Below, in pieces: positions 8,730 through 19,474 of a stretch of DNA of 64,000 bases (positions are counted from its first letter, which is position 1; each line of letters starts with the position of its first letter). Source of the DNA: a virus. A program made the position numbers and the translations under genes. The notes beneath the pieces were generated by a model. It ran no database searches, was not told where the DNA came from, and saw only the letters and a list, made by a program, of their open reading frames with translations. The stretch spans positions 1-64,000 of IMG/VR virus record IMGVR_UViG_3300035669_000001; one strand, written 5' to 3'.

Positions 8730-10624
8730 GAACGGTCAACGTCTCGGGCACCTACTACCTGGCCGACTTCCGCCCGGCCACCAACATCCGGATGCGGTTC
8801 ACCCCCACCGGCGTGCTGAAGTCGGTCGCCGAGAACCTCGTCGTGCTGGACATCCCGCGGGAGGCGCTGGCCAACAACCACGGTGAGTTCTCCATCGACC
8901 TGGTCCCGATGCAGGACGAGGTCACCCCGAAGCAGTTCCTCTACAAGGTGGAGCGCATCCAAGAGGGCCAGGTGGTCGCCTCCTGGCACATCCGGCTGGA
9001 CAAGGACACCCCCGACAACGTCAGCCTCACCAGCATCTGGCCCACGGCCAAGCCGTCCTTCATCGAGGTCTACCCGACCCTGGACGACGTCCGCTCGATC
9101 GCGGCCGACATGGACAACCAGGTCTACACCCGGGTGGACACCCTGCGGGGCGAGGTCAGCACCTACCGGGCGATGCTGGGCTCCAAGCTGGACACCGACG
9201 TGCTGGGGTCGCAGGTCCCCACCCTGCAGGACGGTCTCATCCGCCCGGAGTTCCTCCCCTCGGTGCGGATCGGCTCCGCCTTCGCGGCCGCCTCCCACGC
9301 CGAGATGCTCGGCCATGCGGGCACCCAGCAGTTCGACATCTGCATCCGCTACGACATCACCCAGCGCTACATCCTGATCGGTGAGGACCCGGCGGTCTTC
9401 ACCAACTGGGTGCTGCTGGACGACAACCTCGCCGTCTCCTCCATCAACGGCCACGTCGGCCGGGTGCTGCTGAACTACACCGACGTCGGCGCGGCACCGG
9501 CCAACCACGACCACGAGTCCCTGGCGGGGATGGACTACGTCGCCACCTACATGACCGGTGAGGTGCTGACCGGCCAGAAGCGGCTGATCGTCGGCGACAC
9601 CGGTGACGTGGTGCAGGCCAGCAACCGCGAGGTGGTGTTCAAGGACGCAGCCGGCGACGAGATGTACGCCATCCGGCCCTACCAGGTCACCCCGTGGACG
9701 GCCATCCCGGTCCAGGTCTTCACCGCCGCCGGTGTGCTGATCCCCTCAGCAGTCGCCACCGCCTCGGTGCGCAAGATCAACACCGACACCGCCGAGATCC
9801 GCATCACCTGCTCCAACGTCCTCGGCCCGGTGTACTTCACCACCACCGACGCCGGGGTCAACTTCGCGATGACCGACGCCGTCATCGGCTCCTGGGTGCT
9901 GACCACCCAGGCCGACGTCATCCTCGACGCAGGCGTGGTGGGGCAGCAGAGCAAGCGGGTCACCCCGATCGGCCTCGTCGTTCCGCAGACCTCGAGCAAG
10001 GTCTCGGTCAAGGGCACCATCCCCGGTGTCTTCCTGACCACCCAGCAGGTGTTCAAGCCGGTCGACCCGGACGAGCAGTACTCCCTGGAGGTGGGAGAGC
10101 TCAACCAGGGCGACCTGAGCGCCGACATCACCGGCTCGGGCCTCCACCAGATGCTGCACCTGACCATCCCGTCCGGTGAGCCCGGTCCGCGTGGCCTGGC
10201 GGGGCCACAGGGCCCCCAGGGGCCGGTTGGTCCCATAGGTCCGCCCAACGGTCCGCCAGGGCCTCCTGGGCCTGCTGGGCGCAGCGCGTACCAGGTCTGG
10301 CTGGACCTGGGGAACTCAGGCACGGAGTTCGACTTCATCGTCTCGCTGCGCGGACCCTCGGGGACCGGAGGCACGGGAGGAGGCGGTGGTCAGTTCCTGC
10401 TGGACAGCAACGGGATGCCCTACTTCCAGAGCCTCGACCCCACCATTGGCGCTCTGGTGCTGGACGCCTTCGGCAACCCGACCTTCGACACGGCGGTGTC
10501 CGCCTCGGGGACGATCCAGGTGGACGCGCAGGGCTTCCCGTACTTCGACACCGCGACCACCCCGGGAGTGCCCACCGGGACCATCAGCGTGGACTCCAAC
10601 GGATTCCCGCTGCTTGCCACTTAG
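8726..10624 (+). CDS. Tail fibre protein with short collagen segment
   Basis: GTG 8726; SSINGHVGRV..DVGAA motif, Gly-X-Y run, SAYQVW motif, C-terminal DxxGxPxF repeats. Confidence 0.8.
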   Translation: MRTVNVSGTYYLADFRPATNIRMRFTPTGVLKSVAENLVVLDIPREALANNHGEFSIDLVPMQDEVTPKQFLYKVERIQEGQVVASWHIRLDKDTPDNVSLTSIWPTAKPSFIEVYPTLDDVRSIAADMDNQVYTRVDTLRGEVSTYRAMLGSKLDTDVLGSQVPTLQDGLIRPEFLPSVRIGSAFAAASHAEMLGHAGTQQFDICIRYDITQRYILIGEDPAVFTNWVLLDDNLAVSSINGHVGRVLLNYTDVGAAPANHDHESLAGMDYVATYMTGEVLTGQKRLIVGDTGDVVQASNREVVFKDAAGDEMYAIRPYQVTPWTAIPVQVFTAAGVLIPSAVATASVRKINTDTAEIRITCSNVLGPVYFTTTDAGVNFAMTDAVIGSWVLTTQADVILDAGVVGQQSKRVTPIGLVVPQTSSKVSVKGTIPGVFLTTQQVFKPVDPDEQYSLEVGELNQGDLSADITGSGLHQMLHLTIPSGEPGPRGLAGPQGPQGPVGPIGPPNGPPGPPGPAGRSAYQVWLDLGNSGTEFDFIVSLRGPSGTGGTGGGGGQFLLDSNGMPYFQSLDPTIGALVLDAFGNPTFDTAVSASGTIQVDAQGFPYFDTATTPGVPTGTISVDSNGFPLLAT

Positions 10625-10668
10625 GGAAGAATGGTGCCCTGAGGGCCCCAAAGAGATGAGGAGCATCC

Positions 10669-11385
10669 ATGGCTGTCACACGTCTCGCCAAGGCCGACGT
10701 AGACGGCGACATCGTCGACTACCAGGGACGCAAGCTCGCCACCAGGGACCGGATCACCCACACCGGGACCCAGCTGGCAGCCACCATCTCCGACCTGCCC
10801 GAGGCGGTGCAGGACCTCGTCGCGGCTGTCTTCGGCGGGACGCACACCGGGATCACCTTCACCTACGACGACGCGACCGGCCGGATCACCGCGGTAGCCG
10901 CCGGTGGTGGCGGTGGGGCGGGGCTCGACGCCGAGGCCTTGATGGACTTCCTGGCCGGGGTCACCACCGCCGGCAAGGGCCTGGTCCAGGGCACCAACAT
11001 CACCCTGGTCTACGACGACGTCAACGATAAGATCACCATCTCGACCACGGCCACCCCGAACTCCACCGACGCCCAGCTGCGCGACCGCGCCCTGCACACG
11101 AACACCCAGCTCGCGGCGACCATCTCGGACTTCCAGGCCAAGGTCAACCAGTACGCCAACCCCTACGTCGACACCTCGATCGCCGGCTTCTACACCTCCC
11201 ACCCGTACCCGCAGCGACAGTGGGACTCGGGCACGTCCTCGTGGAGCGCGCGACCCGCCGTCCCGGCCAACGTGAGGGTCTGGTCGGACTCCACCCTGGA
11301 CGTCGCGGCTGTCCCGCCCCCGGGCGGTCTCCGCTACGACAAGTGGATCCCGCACCCGGACTCCCCGTACTGGCCGGTGCAGTAG
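10669..11385 (+). CDS. Tail fibre-associated protein
   Basis: Duplicated RDRxxHTxTQLAATISD and ITxxYDD repeats. Confidence 0.7.
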   Translation: MAVTRLAKADVDGDIVDYQGRKLATRDRITHTGTQLAATISDLPEAVQDLVAAVFGGTHTGITFTYDDATGRITAVAAGGGGGAGLDAEALMDFLAGVTTAGKGLVQGTNITLVYDDVNDKITISTTATPNSTDAQLRDRALHTNTQLAATISDFQAKVNQYANPYVDTSIAGFYTSHPYPQRQWDSGTSSWSARPAVPANVRVWSDSTLDVAAVPPPGGLRYDKWIPHPDSPYWPVQ

Positions 11386-12687
11386 ATGCCGCGGCACCAG
11401 GTACTGACCTATGACGGTGTCGGCTACTGGCGGGGACCCAGCGGCGTCGCCATCCCCGGCAGCGTCAGCACCGGCACGCTCTACCGCCCCACCAGGATCA
11501 CCCCGTCCGGAGGGACGGTCACCGTGGCCCAGCTGCAGGCAGCGGGCATCCAGGGGCTCACGGGTGTCACCAACTCCCAGCTGGTGATGTGGCCCGGTGC
11601 CAACCCGGACGCGGCGTTCTTCGATGACATCGTCAAGACGATGGCCGACACCGAGATCCTCATCCTGCCCGAGGCGACCCGTCCGGACGGCACCCCCTGG
11701 AAGTACCAGATCGACTCCGCGCCTGGCTTCCGCCGGGCCGCGAACATCAACTACTACTACTCGATGTCGCGCTACAAGAAGGGCGTGATCGGCCTCGGTC
11801 CCAACGTGCTGCTGGACACCAGCGTGTCCTCCTTCACGGCCCCGGCCCAGCCCAAGCCGGTGGCCAACGGCGGGACAGGCTTCTTCGACCCGGTGGACGG
11901 GGTGGAGAAGGTCGGCTGCCAGCACAAGATCCTGGAGACGACTGTCACCAAGTCCATCTTCGCCAACCTCTGCATGGTGGGCCGGTCCTTCGGCGGCATC
12001 GCCTACTCCGCAGTCGCCATGAGCAAGGGCGGCGGGATCATGCAGAACGTCTACATGAAGGGCGCCTCCCGGGGCTTCCAGAACTCTCCCAACGGCGAGT
12101 CCGGCGGCGTCTCCATCCGCTCGGGCAGCTCGGAGACCGGCGACCGTTCCGGGACGCTCATCAACTGTGAGATCGACTCCCGCGACGCCACCGGGGCTCG
12201 GGTCGGCACCTCCCCGTTCATGTTCAACAACAACGTCGGGGTCACCGCCATCGACGTCTACGCCCACCACGCGCGCGCCGGCATGCCCACCTGCTGGAGC
12301 GTGGACGGCCCGATCAACTACACCCGGGTGCGCAGCGAGTACAACGGCTCCTCCGGCAGCGGCCAGAACGGCCACTCGATGAACTTCGAGCTCTGCACCG
12401 GGGTGGCCGAGGTCAACGACTGCGACCTGATCTGCAACTACCTCGCCAACACCAACCCCAACGAGGCGAGCAACACCGGCATGCACATCGGCGGCGGCTC
12501 CGACGTCGCGCGCCTGCTGTTGAACGTCCGCAACACCCGGATCGACAAGGGCCCTCGCGCGCTCAACCCGAACGGCACCGCAGTGCTCGCCTGCCAGCTG
12601 TTCGGCTACGTCCCCCAGCAGGGCATCGACATGCACTACTACGACGCAGACGGCACCGAGCTGCCCTCGTTCATCTACGGAGGCTGA
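11386..12687 (+). CDS. Putative beta-helix tailspike/depolymerase
   Basis: Gly/Asn/Ser-rich alternating beta pattern in the C-terminal two-thirds; located in tail cluster; fold inferred. Confidence 0.5.
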   Translation: MPRHQVLTYDGVGYWRGPSGVAIPGSVSTGTLYRPTRITPSGGTVTVAQLQAAGIQGLTGVTNSQLVMWPGANPDAAFFDDIVKTMADTEILILPEATRPDGTPWKYQIDSAPGFRRAANINYYYSMSRYKKGVIGLGPNVLLDTSVSSFTAPAQPKPVANGGTGFFDPVDGVEKVGCQHKILETTVTKSIFANLCMVGRSFGGIAYSAVAMSKGGGIMQNVYMKGASRGFQNSPNGESGGVSIRSGSSETGDRSGTLINCEIDSRDATGARVGTSPFMFNNNVGVTAIDVYAHHARAGMPTCWSVDGPINYTRVRSEYNGSSGSGQNGHSMNFELCTGVAEVNDCDLICNYLANTNPNEASNTGMHIGGGSDVARLLLNVRNTRIDKGPRALNPNGTAVLACQLFGYVPQQGIDMHYYDADGTELPSFIYGG

Positions 12688-12688
12688 G

Positions 12689-13687
12689 ATGGCACTGTCG
12701 ACCAACACCGCCGAGATCACCGGCGGCACCAACGGCATGGCGGTGGTCTCCAACTCCCAGCCCGGGACCGGCACGTCGTTCACGGTGACGCTGGCCCAGG
12801 GCGGCACCATCACCCTGGACAACACGGTCAAGCACCGCGGGAGCTTCTCCTACAAATGCACCGCTGCCGTGGCGGGCCAGGTGGCCCGCGCTGACCAGGC
12901 GTTCCCGGCCGACCCCAACTTCGCCGCCGAGCCGTACTTCTACTTCGGCAACGGCTACCCCGACATCGAGAACCGGCTGATGGAGGTGCGCTCGGACCTC
13001 GCCTCGGTCTCCTACATCAACATCATGCCCTCGGGGCTGATCCGGCTCTACACGGCAGCCTCGGCCGTCCTGCTGGTCTGGACCTCCACCTCCCCGGTCC
13101 CGCTGAACCAGTGGTGGCGGGCCGCGATGACCCTCACCAAGGGCGGTGCGGCAGGCACCGGGACGCTGAAGTTCCGGGTCCACCAAGGTGCCAACGCCGA
13201 CTCGGCCACCCCGAGCGAGGAGTACCTGCGCACCGGCAACGCCGACCTCGGGGTCAACGACTTCACCATCTACCGGCGCGGCAAGGTGGGCTCGGGCAAC
13301 GGCTGGACGCTCAACTTCGACGACGACCAGTGGAACCCGGGCTCGGCCGCCTTCATCGGGCCGGTCTCATCCGCACCTCCAGTGCTCAACGTCTCGACCA
13401 AGAACATCCGCGAGTACGACACCTCGCAGTCCTCGCTCTCCGGTGCGGTGCTGTCGCTGACCCAGTCCTCAGGACCCACGGTGACCATCACCGGGCCGGT
13501 CAACGGCAAGTTCACCGTCGAGGTTCCCTCGCCCATGAACACCGCAGCCGTGCTCGACCTGGTGGCCACGCCGACTGTCGGCAGCCCGGTGCACTACCCG
13601 ATCACCATCTCCCCCTCGGGCGGGTCTGTCACGGTGCTCGAGCGGATCGGTCTCACCAACGACGGCGCGGGGAACTGGGTGCTCTGA
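12689..13687 (+). CDS. Putative lectin/LamG-like virion protein
   Basis: VPLNQWWR and FDDD motifs typical of ConA/LamG-like beta-sandwiches. Confidence 0.55.
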   Translation: MALSTNTAEITGGTNGMAVVSNSQPGTGTSFTVTLAQGGTITLDNTVKHRGSFSYKCTAAVAGQVARADQAFPADPNFAAEPYFYFGNGYPDIENRLMEVRSDLASVSYINIMPSGLIRLYTAASAVLLVWTSTSPVPLNQWWRAAMTLTKGGAAGTGTLKFRVHQGANADSATPSEEYLRTGNADLGVNDFTIYRRGKVGSGNGWTLNFDDDQWNPGSAAFIGPVSSAPPVLNVSTKNIREYDTSQSSLSGAVLSLTQSSGPTVTITGPVNGKFTVEVPSPMNTAAVLDLVATPTVGSPVHYPITISPSGGSVTVLERIGLTNDGAGNWVL

Positions 13688-15198
13688 TGGACCTTCCGGC
13701 GTACCTTCGCTCGGGGACTGACACCTTCGTCTACGACGCGATACTCAACCACGAGTCGCGCATCCAGGTGGTGGAGACCACCGGTGGCGCGGGTACGGGT
13801 GGCACTAGGTGGTACCTCGGTGCCGGGGCTCCGGGGACTATCGCCGGCCAGGCAGTTGGGGACTTCTACCTCAACAGCACCAACGGTGACTACTACCAGC
13901 GTGACATCTCCTCCTGGACGCTGAAGGGCAGCCTCAGAGGTCCTCAGGGGGCCACAGGAGCCGCAGGAGCGACCGGGAGCACCGGACCCACTGGTGGTAC
14001 TGGCCCTGCTGGTCCAACGGGCTCTACGGGCCCACAGGGCGTCAAGGGCGACCCCGGGAACACCGGTGCCACCGGCCCCCAGGGACCACAGGGTGTGATC
14101 GGTCCTGCCGGTCCTCAGGGTGCCGAGGGTCCTGCGGGTCCGACAGGTCCCGCCGGCGGCGGCGGTACCGTCATCGACGCCTACAACGACATCTCGTCCC
14201 TTCCTGGCTACCCCACCACCTTCCCGCCAGCCATCGGGGCCACCTCCACAACTGCTGTAGCTGGCAACGACACACGGCTCACCGACCAGAGGGTGCCGAC
14301 CGACAACTCGGTCACCAACGCCAAGGTGCCAGTCGGTGCCGCCATCGCGGCCTCCAAGATCGCCGGTCTCGCCACGGTGGCCACCACTGGTGTCTACAGC
14401 GACCTCACCAGCAAGCCAGCGCTGGCAACGGTGGCTACCAGCGGGGCCTACAACGACCTCTCCGGTAAGCCAGCGCTCGCTGCTGTCGCTACGTCAGGCT
14501 CCTACACCGACCTGACCAATAAGCCGGCCGCTGTCCCCGAGTCCTTGCGGGGCAAGTCCCGGGCCTTCTCGGACCTGCTGGGCTCCAACAGCGGCAACTA
14601 CGCCCCGTTCATCTCCGCTGCCATCGCCACCGGGACCCTGGCTGTCGCTGCTGCTCCTGCTGCCAACCACATGGGTGTCATCCGGATCACCAGCTCGACC
14701 ACCACCAACTCCGGTGCCCGGATCCAGACCGACGTCAGTGCCATCCTGCTGGACGCAGGCGACTACGCCGAGTTCGTCTTCTCTATCGTCGCCACGGCCC
14801 TCACCACGATCCGGTGCGGGTTCCTCGACACCACCAGCGTCACCGACACCACTGACGGTGCCTACCTGGAGATCGTGGGTACGACAGCGTCCTTCAAGAC
14901 CGCGAACAACAACACCAGGTCGACCGCGGGCGCCACTGCCACTGTGGCGGCAGCCACCTGGTACCGGGCCGAGATCGAGATGGTCACTGCTACCGACGTG
15001 AGGTGCCGTCTCTACAACTCCGACACCGGGGCAGTGGTGCTGGCTGAGCAGACGCTGACCACCAACATCCCGGTTGCGGCCGGGCGTGCCACCGGGATGG
15101 GGATCGTCGTCACCAACTCCGGTACCACGGCTATCGACCTGGTGGACGTCGACCTTCTGAACTACGAGCGCAAGGCCGGTCTGGAGCGGGTGCGCTGA
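13687..15198 (+). CDS. Collagen-like tail fibre
   Basis: ATG 13687; WYLGAGAP...GDFYLN...GDYY, Gly-X-Y run, three 18-aa LAxVATxGxYxDLxxKP repeats. Confidence 0.85.
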   Translation: MDLPAYLRSGTDTFVYDAILNHESRIQVVETTGGAGTGGTRWYLGAGAPGTIAGQAVGDFYLNSTNGDYYQRDISSWTLKGSLRGPQGATGAAGATGSTGPTGGTGPAGPTGSTGPQGVKGDPGNTGATGPQGPQGVIGPAGPQGAEGPAGPTGPAGGGGTVIDAYNDISSLPGYPTTFPPAIGATSTTAVAGNDTRLTDQRVPTDNSVTNAKVPVGAAIAASKIAGLATVATTGVYSDLTSKPALATVATSGAYNDLSGKPALAAVATSGSYTDLTNKPAAVPESLRGKSRAFSDLLGSNSGNYAPFISAAIATGTLAVAAAPAANHMGVIRITSSTTTNSGARIQTDVSAILLDAGDYAEFVFSIVATALTTIRCGFLDTTSVTDTTDGAYLEIVGTTASFKTANNNTRSTAGATATVAAATWYRAEIEMVTATDVRCRLYNSDTGAVVLAEQTLTTNIPVAAGRATGMGIVVTNSGTTAIDLVDVDLLNYERKAGLERVR

Positions 15199-16760
15199 TG
15201 GCCGGTTGGACAGCTGTCCCGGTCAAGGGGACCTTCGAGAACGCCGAGGGCATGCGCTCCGGCAAGTGGTCGGCAATTCTCGTCCAGAACGTCCTCAACA
15301 GTGACGCGGACGTGGTCCTCACCGCCGGCGAATGGGCCTCCGGGAAGCTCAACGTCACCCCAGGCTCTCCCAGCCTGGAGTTCGACGCACCGGCCCTGGA
15401 CGACCCGGCCAACTTTCCCAACGGCTTCGAGCTGGTCCTCCAGGTCTCCTTCGATAACGGGGGTCTGAGGTACAGGCTGCACCCGAGTGTTGACCTGCTC
15501 CCGGACGGTATCGACCTCTCCACGGTGGTGGTTCCCCAGGATCTTCCTGAGCTCTCTCCGCTGCTGGTGATGGGTGTCCCGAACGGATTGGCCACCCTGG
15601 GCGCTGATGGGCTCATCCCGGCCGACCAGCTGCCAGAAAGCGTTGGCGGCGTTGGCTACTCTGCGTACGACTTGGCTGTCCGGAACGGTTTTGAGGGCAC
15701 GTTGGCGGACTGGTTGATCTCCCTGGTGGGTGACCAGGGGCCACAAGGACCACAGGGGCCTCAGGGGGCTGTTGGTCCTAAGGGAGACGCTGGGAACACC
15801 GGTTCAGTAGGACCACAAGGTGCTCAAGGGACTACCGGAGGTACTGGTCCACAGGGACCGCAGGGCCTCAAGGGAGACGTCGGGGACACCGGTCCAGCAG
15901 GGCCACAGGGCCTTCAAGGGATTACCGGAGGTTCAGGGCTACAAGGCCCCAAGGGTGACAAGGGAGACGTCGGGGACACCGGTCCAGCAGGGCCACAGGG
16001 CTCTCAGGGTACGACCGGAGGCACTGGGCCTCAAGGACCGCAAGGCATCAAAGGTGACAAAGGTGATGTCGGTAATACCGGGTCGCAGGGGATACAAGGA
16101 CTCAAAGGTGACAAGGGTGATACCGGTACAACAGGAGCTACTGGGCCTCAAGGTCCGGTAGGCCCTGAAGGCCCCTCGGGTGCTTCTGGGTCTTCGCCTC
16201 GGCCATTCTCAGCCCAGTCAGACCAGTGGCAGAATCCTGTCAACCTGCAGACTCAGACAACTGGGACCCCAAACCAAGGCACGGTGTACCTGATGCCGTC
16301 CGATATAGGCCCGGTTGCGGCGGTTGTAAAAGGTCTAGGCTCTAACGTGTCCGTGGCGGCGGTGCTTGCCGCCGCCACCATTGTTGTTACGTATGGCATC
16401 TACAAGGACAACGGATCAGGTGGGGCGCCAGACTTTACACAACTGCTGGGCTCAGTCACCGTCGATCCGACCTCCACGGGCATCAAGCTAGGGTTGTTTG
16501 GCTCCCCACTCACTTTGCAGCCGGGACGCTATTGGGTGGCGTCACTGTATGTAGTTACTGGCAGCCCTACTACTGCACCATCCTTTACCTCTATTAGCAT
16601 TGCCAACACCAGCCTAGCGTTACCAGCAGCAACCGCTGTAGGGACAGTCAATAAAGCGTGGTTTATCTCATCACAAACGTCGCTACCGACGACTAACCCA
16701 CAAACGCTGGGCGTCTACGTCAACACTGCTGCACCCATCGTCGCGCTGAGATACAACTAG
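15198..16760 (+). CDS. Collagen-like tail fibre / receptor-binding protein
   Basis: Long Gly-X-Y run (about 15730-16190); C-terminal globular domain with A/T-rich codons. Confidence 0.85.
   Translation: MAGWTAVPVKGTFENAEGMRSGKWSAILVQNVLNSDADVVLTAGEWASGKLNVTPGSPSLEFDAPALDDPANFPNGFELVLQVSFDNGGLRYRLHPSVDLLPDGIDLSTVVVPQDLPELSPLLVMGVPNGLATLGADGLIPADQLPESVGGVGYSAYDLAVRNGFEGTLADWLISLVGDQGPQGPQGPQGAVGPKGDAGNTGSVGPQGAQGTTGGTGPQGPQGLKGDVGDTGPAGPQGLQGITGGSGLQGPKGDKGDVGDTGPAGPQGSQGTTGGTGPQGPQGIKGDKGDVGNTGSQGIQGLKGDKGDTGTTGATGPQGPVGPEGPSGASGSSPRPFSAQSDQWQNPVNLQTQTTGTPNQGTVYLMPSDIGPVAAVVKGLGSNVSVAAVLAAATIVVTYGIYKDNGSGGAPDFTQLLGSVTVDPTSTGIKLGLFGSPLTLQPGRYWVASLYVVTGSPTTAPSFTSISIANTSLALPAATAVGTVNKAWFISSQTSLPTTNPQTLGVYVNTAAPIVALRYN
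15869..16001 (+). repeat. 43-bp exact direct repeat within collagen-coding region
   Basis: CAAGGGAGACGTCGGGGACACCGGTCCAGCAGGGCCACAGGGC at 15869 and 15959. Confidence 0.85.
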
Positions 16761-16768
16761 GAGAACTG

Positions 16769-17032
16769 ATGGGCACCAGGCAGACGACGATTACCGAGTT
16801 CCGGGACGGTGTTATGGTCCGAACTGTTCCAGTCACCTACGAGACCACCCCGGAGCAGGACAACGACGAGGCGATACGGGGACAGGCGGCGCAGGCTCTA
16901 GCGACCAACCGGACATTCATCGGTCTCGCATCTCCGACCAACGCGCAGGTAGTCGCGCAGGTCAAAGCGTTGTCACGACAGAACAACGCACTGATTCGGT
17001 TGGCACTCGGGCTTCTCGACGGTACCGACTAA
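16769..17032 (+). CDS. Small protein, possible tail fibre chaperone
   Basis: Follows fibre gene, SD GGAGA, same atypical codon usage. Confidence 0.6.
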   Translation: MGTRQTTITEFRDGVMVRTVPVTYETTPEQDNDEAIRGQAAQALATNRTFIGLASPTNAQVVAQVKALSRQNNALIRLALGLLDGTD

Positions 17033-17060
17033 CACCGTGGTCTGAGGACATACTTGACCT

Positions 17061-18563
17061 GTGACCCGCATCCACCTGGAGCGTCCTCCTCGTAACGACG
17101 AGGAGCTCTACGCACTGGTCAAGACGCTCTGGGGTGTCACCATCCCCCGTCACAAGGTCTGCGTGGAGCACAACGCCCCCTTCGAGGCCTTCAGTGACGC
17201 CTTCTTCGCCAGGCACCCCCAGGGGCTGATCCACGGCTCCCGTGGCCTCTCAGGCAAGAGTGTGCTGATGTCCACTCTGGGACAGACCGTTGCTGCCGTG
17301 CTGGGGGCTGACTGCAACATCCTGGGTGGGTCGCTGTCACAGTCAACAAACGTGATGGAGTCGATGCAGCGCAACTGGGAGTACGAGAACGCCCCCACCT
17401 ACATGCTCTCGGCCAACATGAAGACCGAGCAGAGGCTCACCAACAGGGCCAAGGTGAGGCCTCTCACGGCCTCCCAGAAGACCGTGCGTGGCCCTCACCC
17501 GGCACGTCTGCTGCTGGACGAGATAGACGAGATGGACCCGCTGATCCTCTCCGCTGCCAAGGGCCAGCCGATGCCCCAGAAGAACTGGCTGGGGGTGACT
17601 ATCCCTGCCCAGACCCTGATGGCCTCCACCTGGCAGTACCCGGACAAGACCTTCGCGGCCGAGTACAAGCGGTTCAAGGAGGAGGACATGCCCATCTACA
17701 CCTGGTGCTTCAAGGACTCCGCGAACCCTGTCGACGGCTGGCTCACAAGTGAGATCATCGAGCAGAAGCGCCGTGAGGTCTCCCGCGAGATGTGGCGGGT
17801 GGAGTACGAGCTCGGTGAGCCCTCCATCGGCTCGCGCGCGATCGACACCGAGAGCGTCGAGGCGATGTTCGACGTGGGCGCCCCAACCCCCTTGAAGTGG
17901 ACCCGCGAGCACCAGGAGTACCAGATCCTGCGCTACGCCCCTGATCGCGAGTACGTGGTGAGCGCCGACTGGGCCAAGGAGAACGACTGGACCGTGATCG
18001 GGGTCTGGGACGTCACCCAGACGCCCATCCGGCTGGCCTACTACGTCCGGCTGCAGCGCCGGCCCTACCCCTACATGATCGGCATCTTCAACGTGCTGAT
18101 GCAGCGCTACCACGCCGAGGGCATCCACGACAAGACCGGCCTGGGGGGCGTGGTGGCCGACTACATCGACGGGGACGCCCGGGGCTTCCTGATGACCGGT
18201 GAGAAGCGCGACAACATGCTGAGTGAGTTCGTGGCGGCGGTGGAGGCCAACAAGATCCGGGCCTCCCGCATCGATACCTTCTACACGGCCTGCAAGTACG
18301 TCAGCGTGGACGACCTCTACTCCCGGTCCAAGGAGTTCCACCTCCCCGACGAGGTGTGCTCGGCGGCACTGGCCTGGAAGATGGTCTCCTCGAGGTGGCC
18401 GGCGGTGACCCCCTACGCGGCCCCCAAGAACGACAACAACTGGATGGGCACCGCGGTCGAGACGAACTTCCAGACCGACTACATGGACTCCGCAGGCATC
18501 CGCAGGGAGGGTGAGGTGGCCGAGAAGGAGCCAGAGCTGGGCTTCTCCCTCACCGGGGTCTAG
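17061..18563 (+). CDS. terL: Terminase large subunit
   Basis: Walker A variant GSRGLSGKS, VRGPHP, Walker B LLLDEIDEM, nuclease ADWAKENDWTV and PDEV. Confidence 0.92.
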   Translation: MTRIHLERPPRNDEELYALVKTLWGVTIPRHKVCVEHNAPFEAFSDAFFARHPQGLIHGSRGLSGKSVLMSTLGQTVAAVLGADCNILGGSLSQSTNVMESMQRNWEYENAPTYMLSANMKTEQRLTNRAKVRPLTASQKTVRGPHPARLLLDEIDEMDPLILSAAKGQPMPQKNWLGVTIPAQTLMASTWQYPDKTFAAEYKRFKEEDMPIYTWCFKDSANPVDGWLTSEIIEQKRREVSREMWRVEYELGEPSIGSRAIDTESVEAMFDVGAPTPLKWTREHQEYQILRYAPDREYVVSADWAKENDWTVIGVWDVTQTPIRLAYYVRLQRRPYPYMIGIFNVLMQRYHAEGIHDKTGLGGVVADYIDGDARGFLMTGEKRDNMLSEFVAAVEANKIRASRIDTFYTACKYVSVDDLYSRSKEFHLPDEVCSAALAWKMVSSRWPAVTPYAAPKNDNNWMGTAVETNFQTDYMDSAGIRREGEVAEKEPELGFSLTGV

Positions 18564-18646
18564 TTATCTGATCGTTATACGTCTCCCCTTCCATCCATTA
18601 CACGATCTGCGTAATGTGACGTGTGAGGTCAAAAAGAGGAGGCGTG

Positions 18647-18946
18647 GTGGCGACGAAGATCAAGGACAAGTACGCGACAGCCAGACCCGGCGATGCCGGC
18701 TACCTGGCGATATTCGTCGACACCGCGAAGAAGTTCTGCAACGTCTACGGTCCCTACCCCACCCGGGGAAAGGCTCAGACCCAGATCAACCGGTTCAGAC
18801 GGGACTGGGCCAAGGCGGTCGAGGAATCCGGTGCTGAGCCTCTGGGCCTACAGCATCTGATGTTCGTGCGTCCACTGCTCACCGAGGACATGTTCGGCAT
18901 CATCTCACCGAAGGAGGTCGGAGATGCAGGTCCTGGAGTGCCCTGA
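18647..18946 (+). CDS. Hypothetical protein
   Basis: SD GAGGAGG upstream; YGPYPTRGKA motif. Confidence 0.65.
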   Translation: MATKIKDKYATARPGDAGYLAIFVDTAKKFCNVYGPYPTRGKAQTQINRFRRDWAKAVEESGAEPLGLQHLMFVRPLLTEDMFGIISPKEVGDAGPGVP

Positions 18947-19259
18947 CTGCCACCTGACGCTGCAGCGGGTCGAGGAGGTCACCGACAAGAACAAGACTGT
19001 CGGCACCACCCAGCTCTCGAAGCACTGCTTCGACTACCACACGCTGCCCCAGATCCACGAGATGCTGAGGTACACCGCGGACCTGGTGGCGCGCAAGCGC
19101 CTGTCGGTCGAGGACGTCAAGGGCGTGTTCGCCCTGAAGTGCCCCGGGTGCGGTAAGTGGGGTCCGCAGGACTCCTACCTGTACCTGAGGATGGGCAACC
19201 GCACCGTGCTGTGCTGCTCGGAGTACTGCCTGACCGTCGTCAAGAAGCGCATGCAGTGA
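18924..19259 (+). CDS. Zn-finger-like protein
   Basis: CPDC, CPGC, CCSEYC. Confidence 0.7.
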   Translation: MQVLECPDCHLTLQRVEEVTDKNKTVGTTQLSKHCFDYHTLPQIHEMLRYTADLVARKRLSVEDVKGVFALKCPGCGKWGPQDSYLYLRMGNRTVLCCSEYCLTVVKKRMQ

Positions 19260-19474
19260 GAGGGCGTCCACCGGCCGACTACGCGGTGACCTACCAGCGC
19301 AGGGCCGACAACCTGCGCGGTGCCTGGCTGGTGGAGATCACCGAGCCGTCCGAGGCCGAGAAGATCGCGCGCAAGATCAGGCGGGACGGTGGCTACGAGG
19401 CCAGGTTCTTCCGCCTTGACCCAGAACTGTCCGTACTAGCAGTGAGGACTGCTGATGTTCCTGAAGTTGACTGA
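19256..19474 (+). CDS. Hypothetical protein
   Basis: GTGA-coupled start. Confidence 0.55.
   Translation: MRGRPPADYAVTYQRRADNLRGAWLVEITEPSEAEKIARKIRRDGGYEARFFRLDPELSVLAVRTADVPEVD

Noticed and set aside
13111-13686. Long upstream extensions given by the ORF track (13111, 8618, 6314, 2208, 2444, 24030, 35443)
   Set aside because: They overlap genuine upstream genes in another frame; coupled downstream starts fit better.
13900-16200. Repetitive DNA as a possible array or DGR template/variable repeat
   Set aside because: Explained by Gly-X-Y collagen coding; no reverse transcriptase and no adenine-specific mismatched repeat pair seen.
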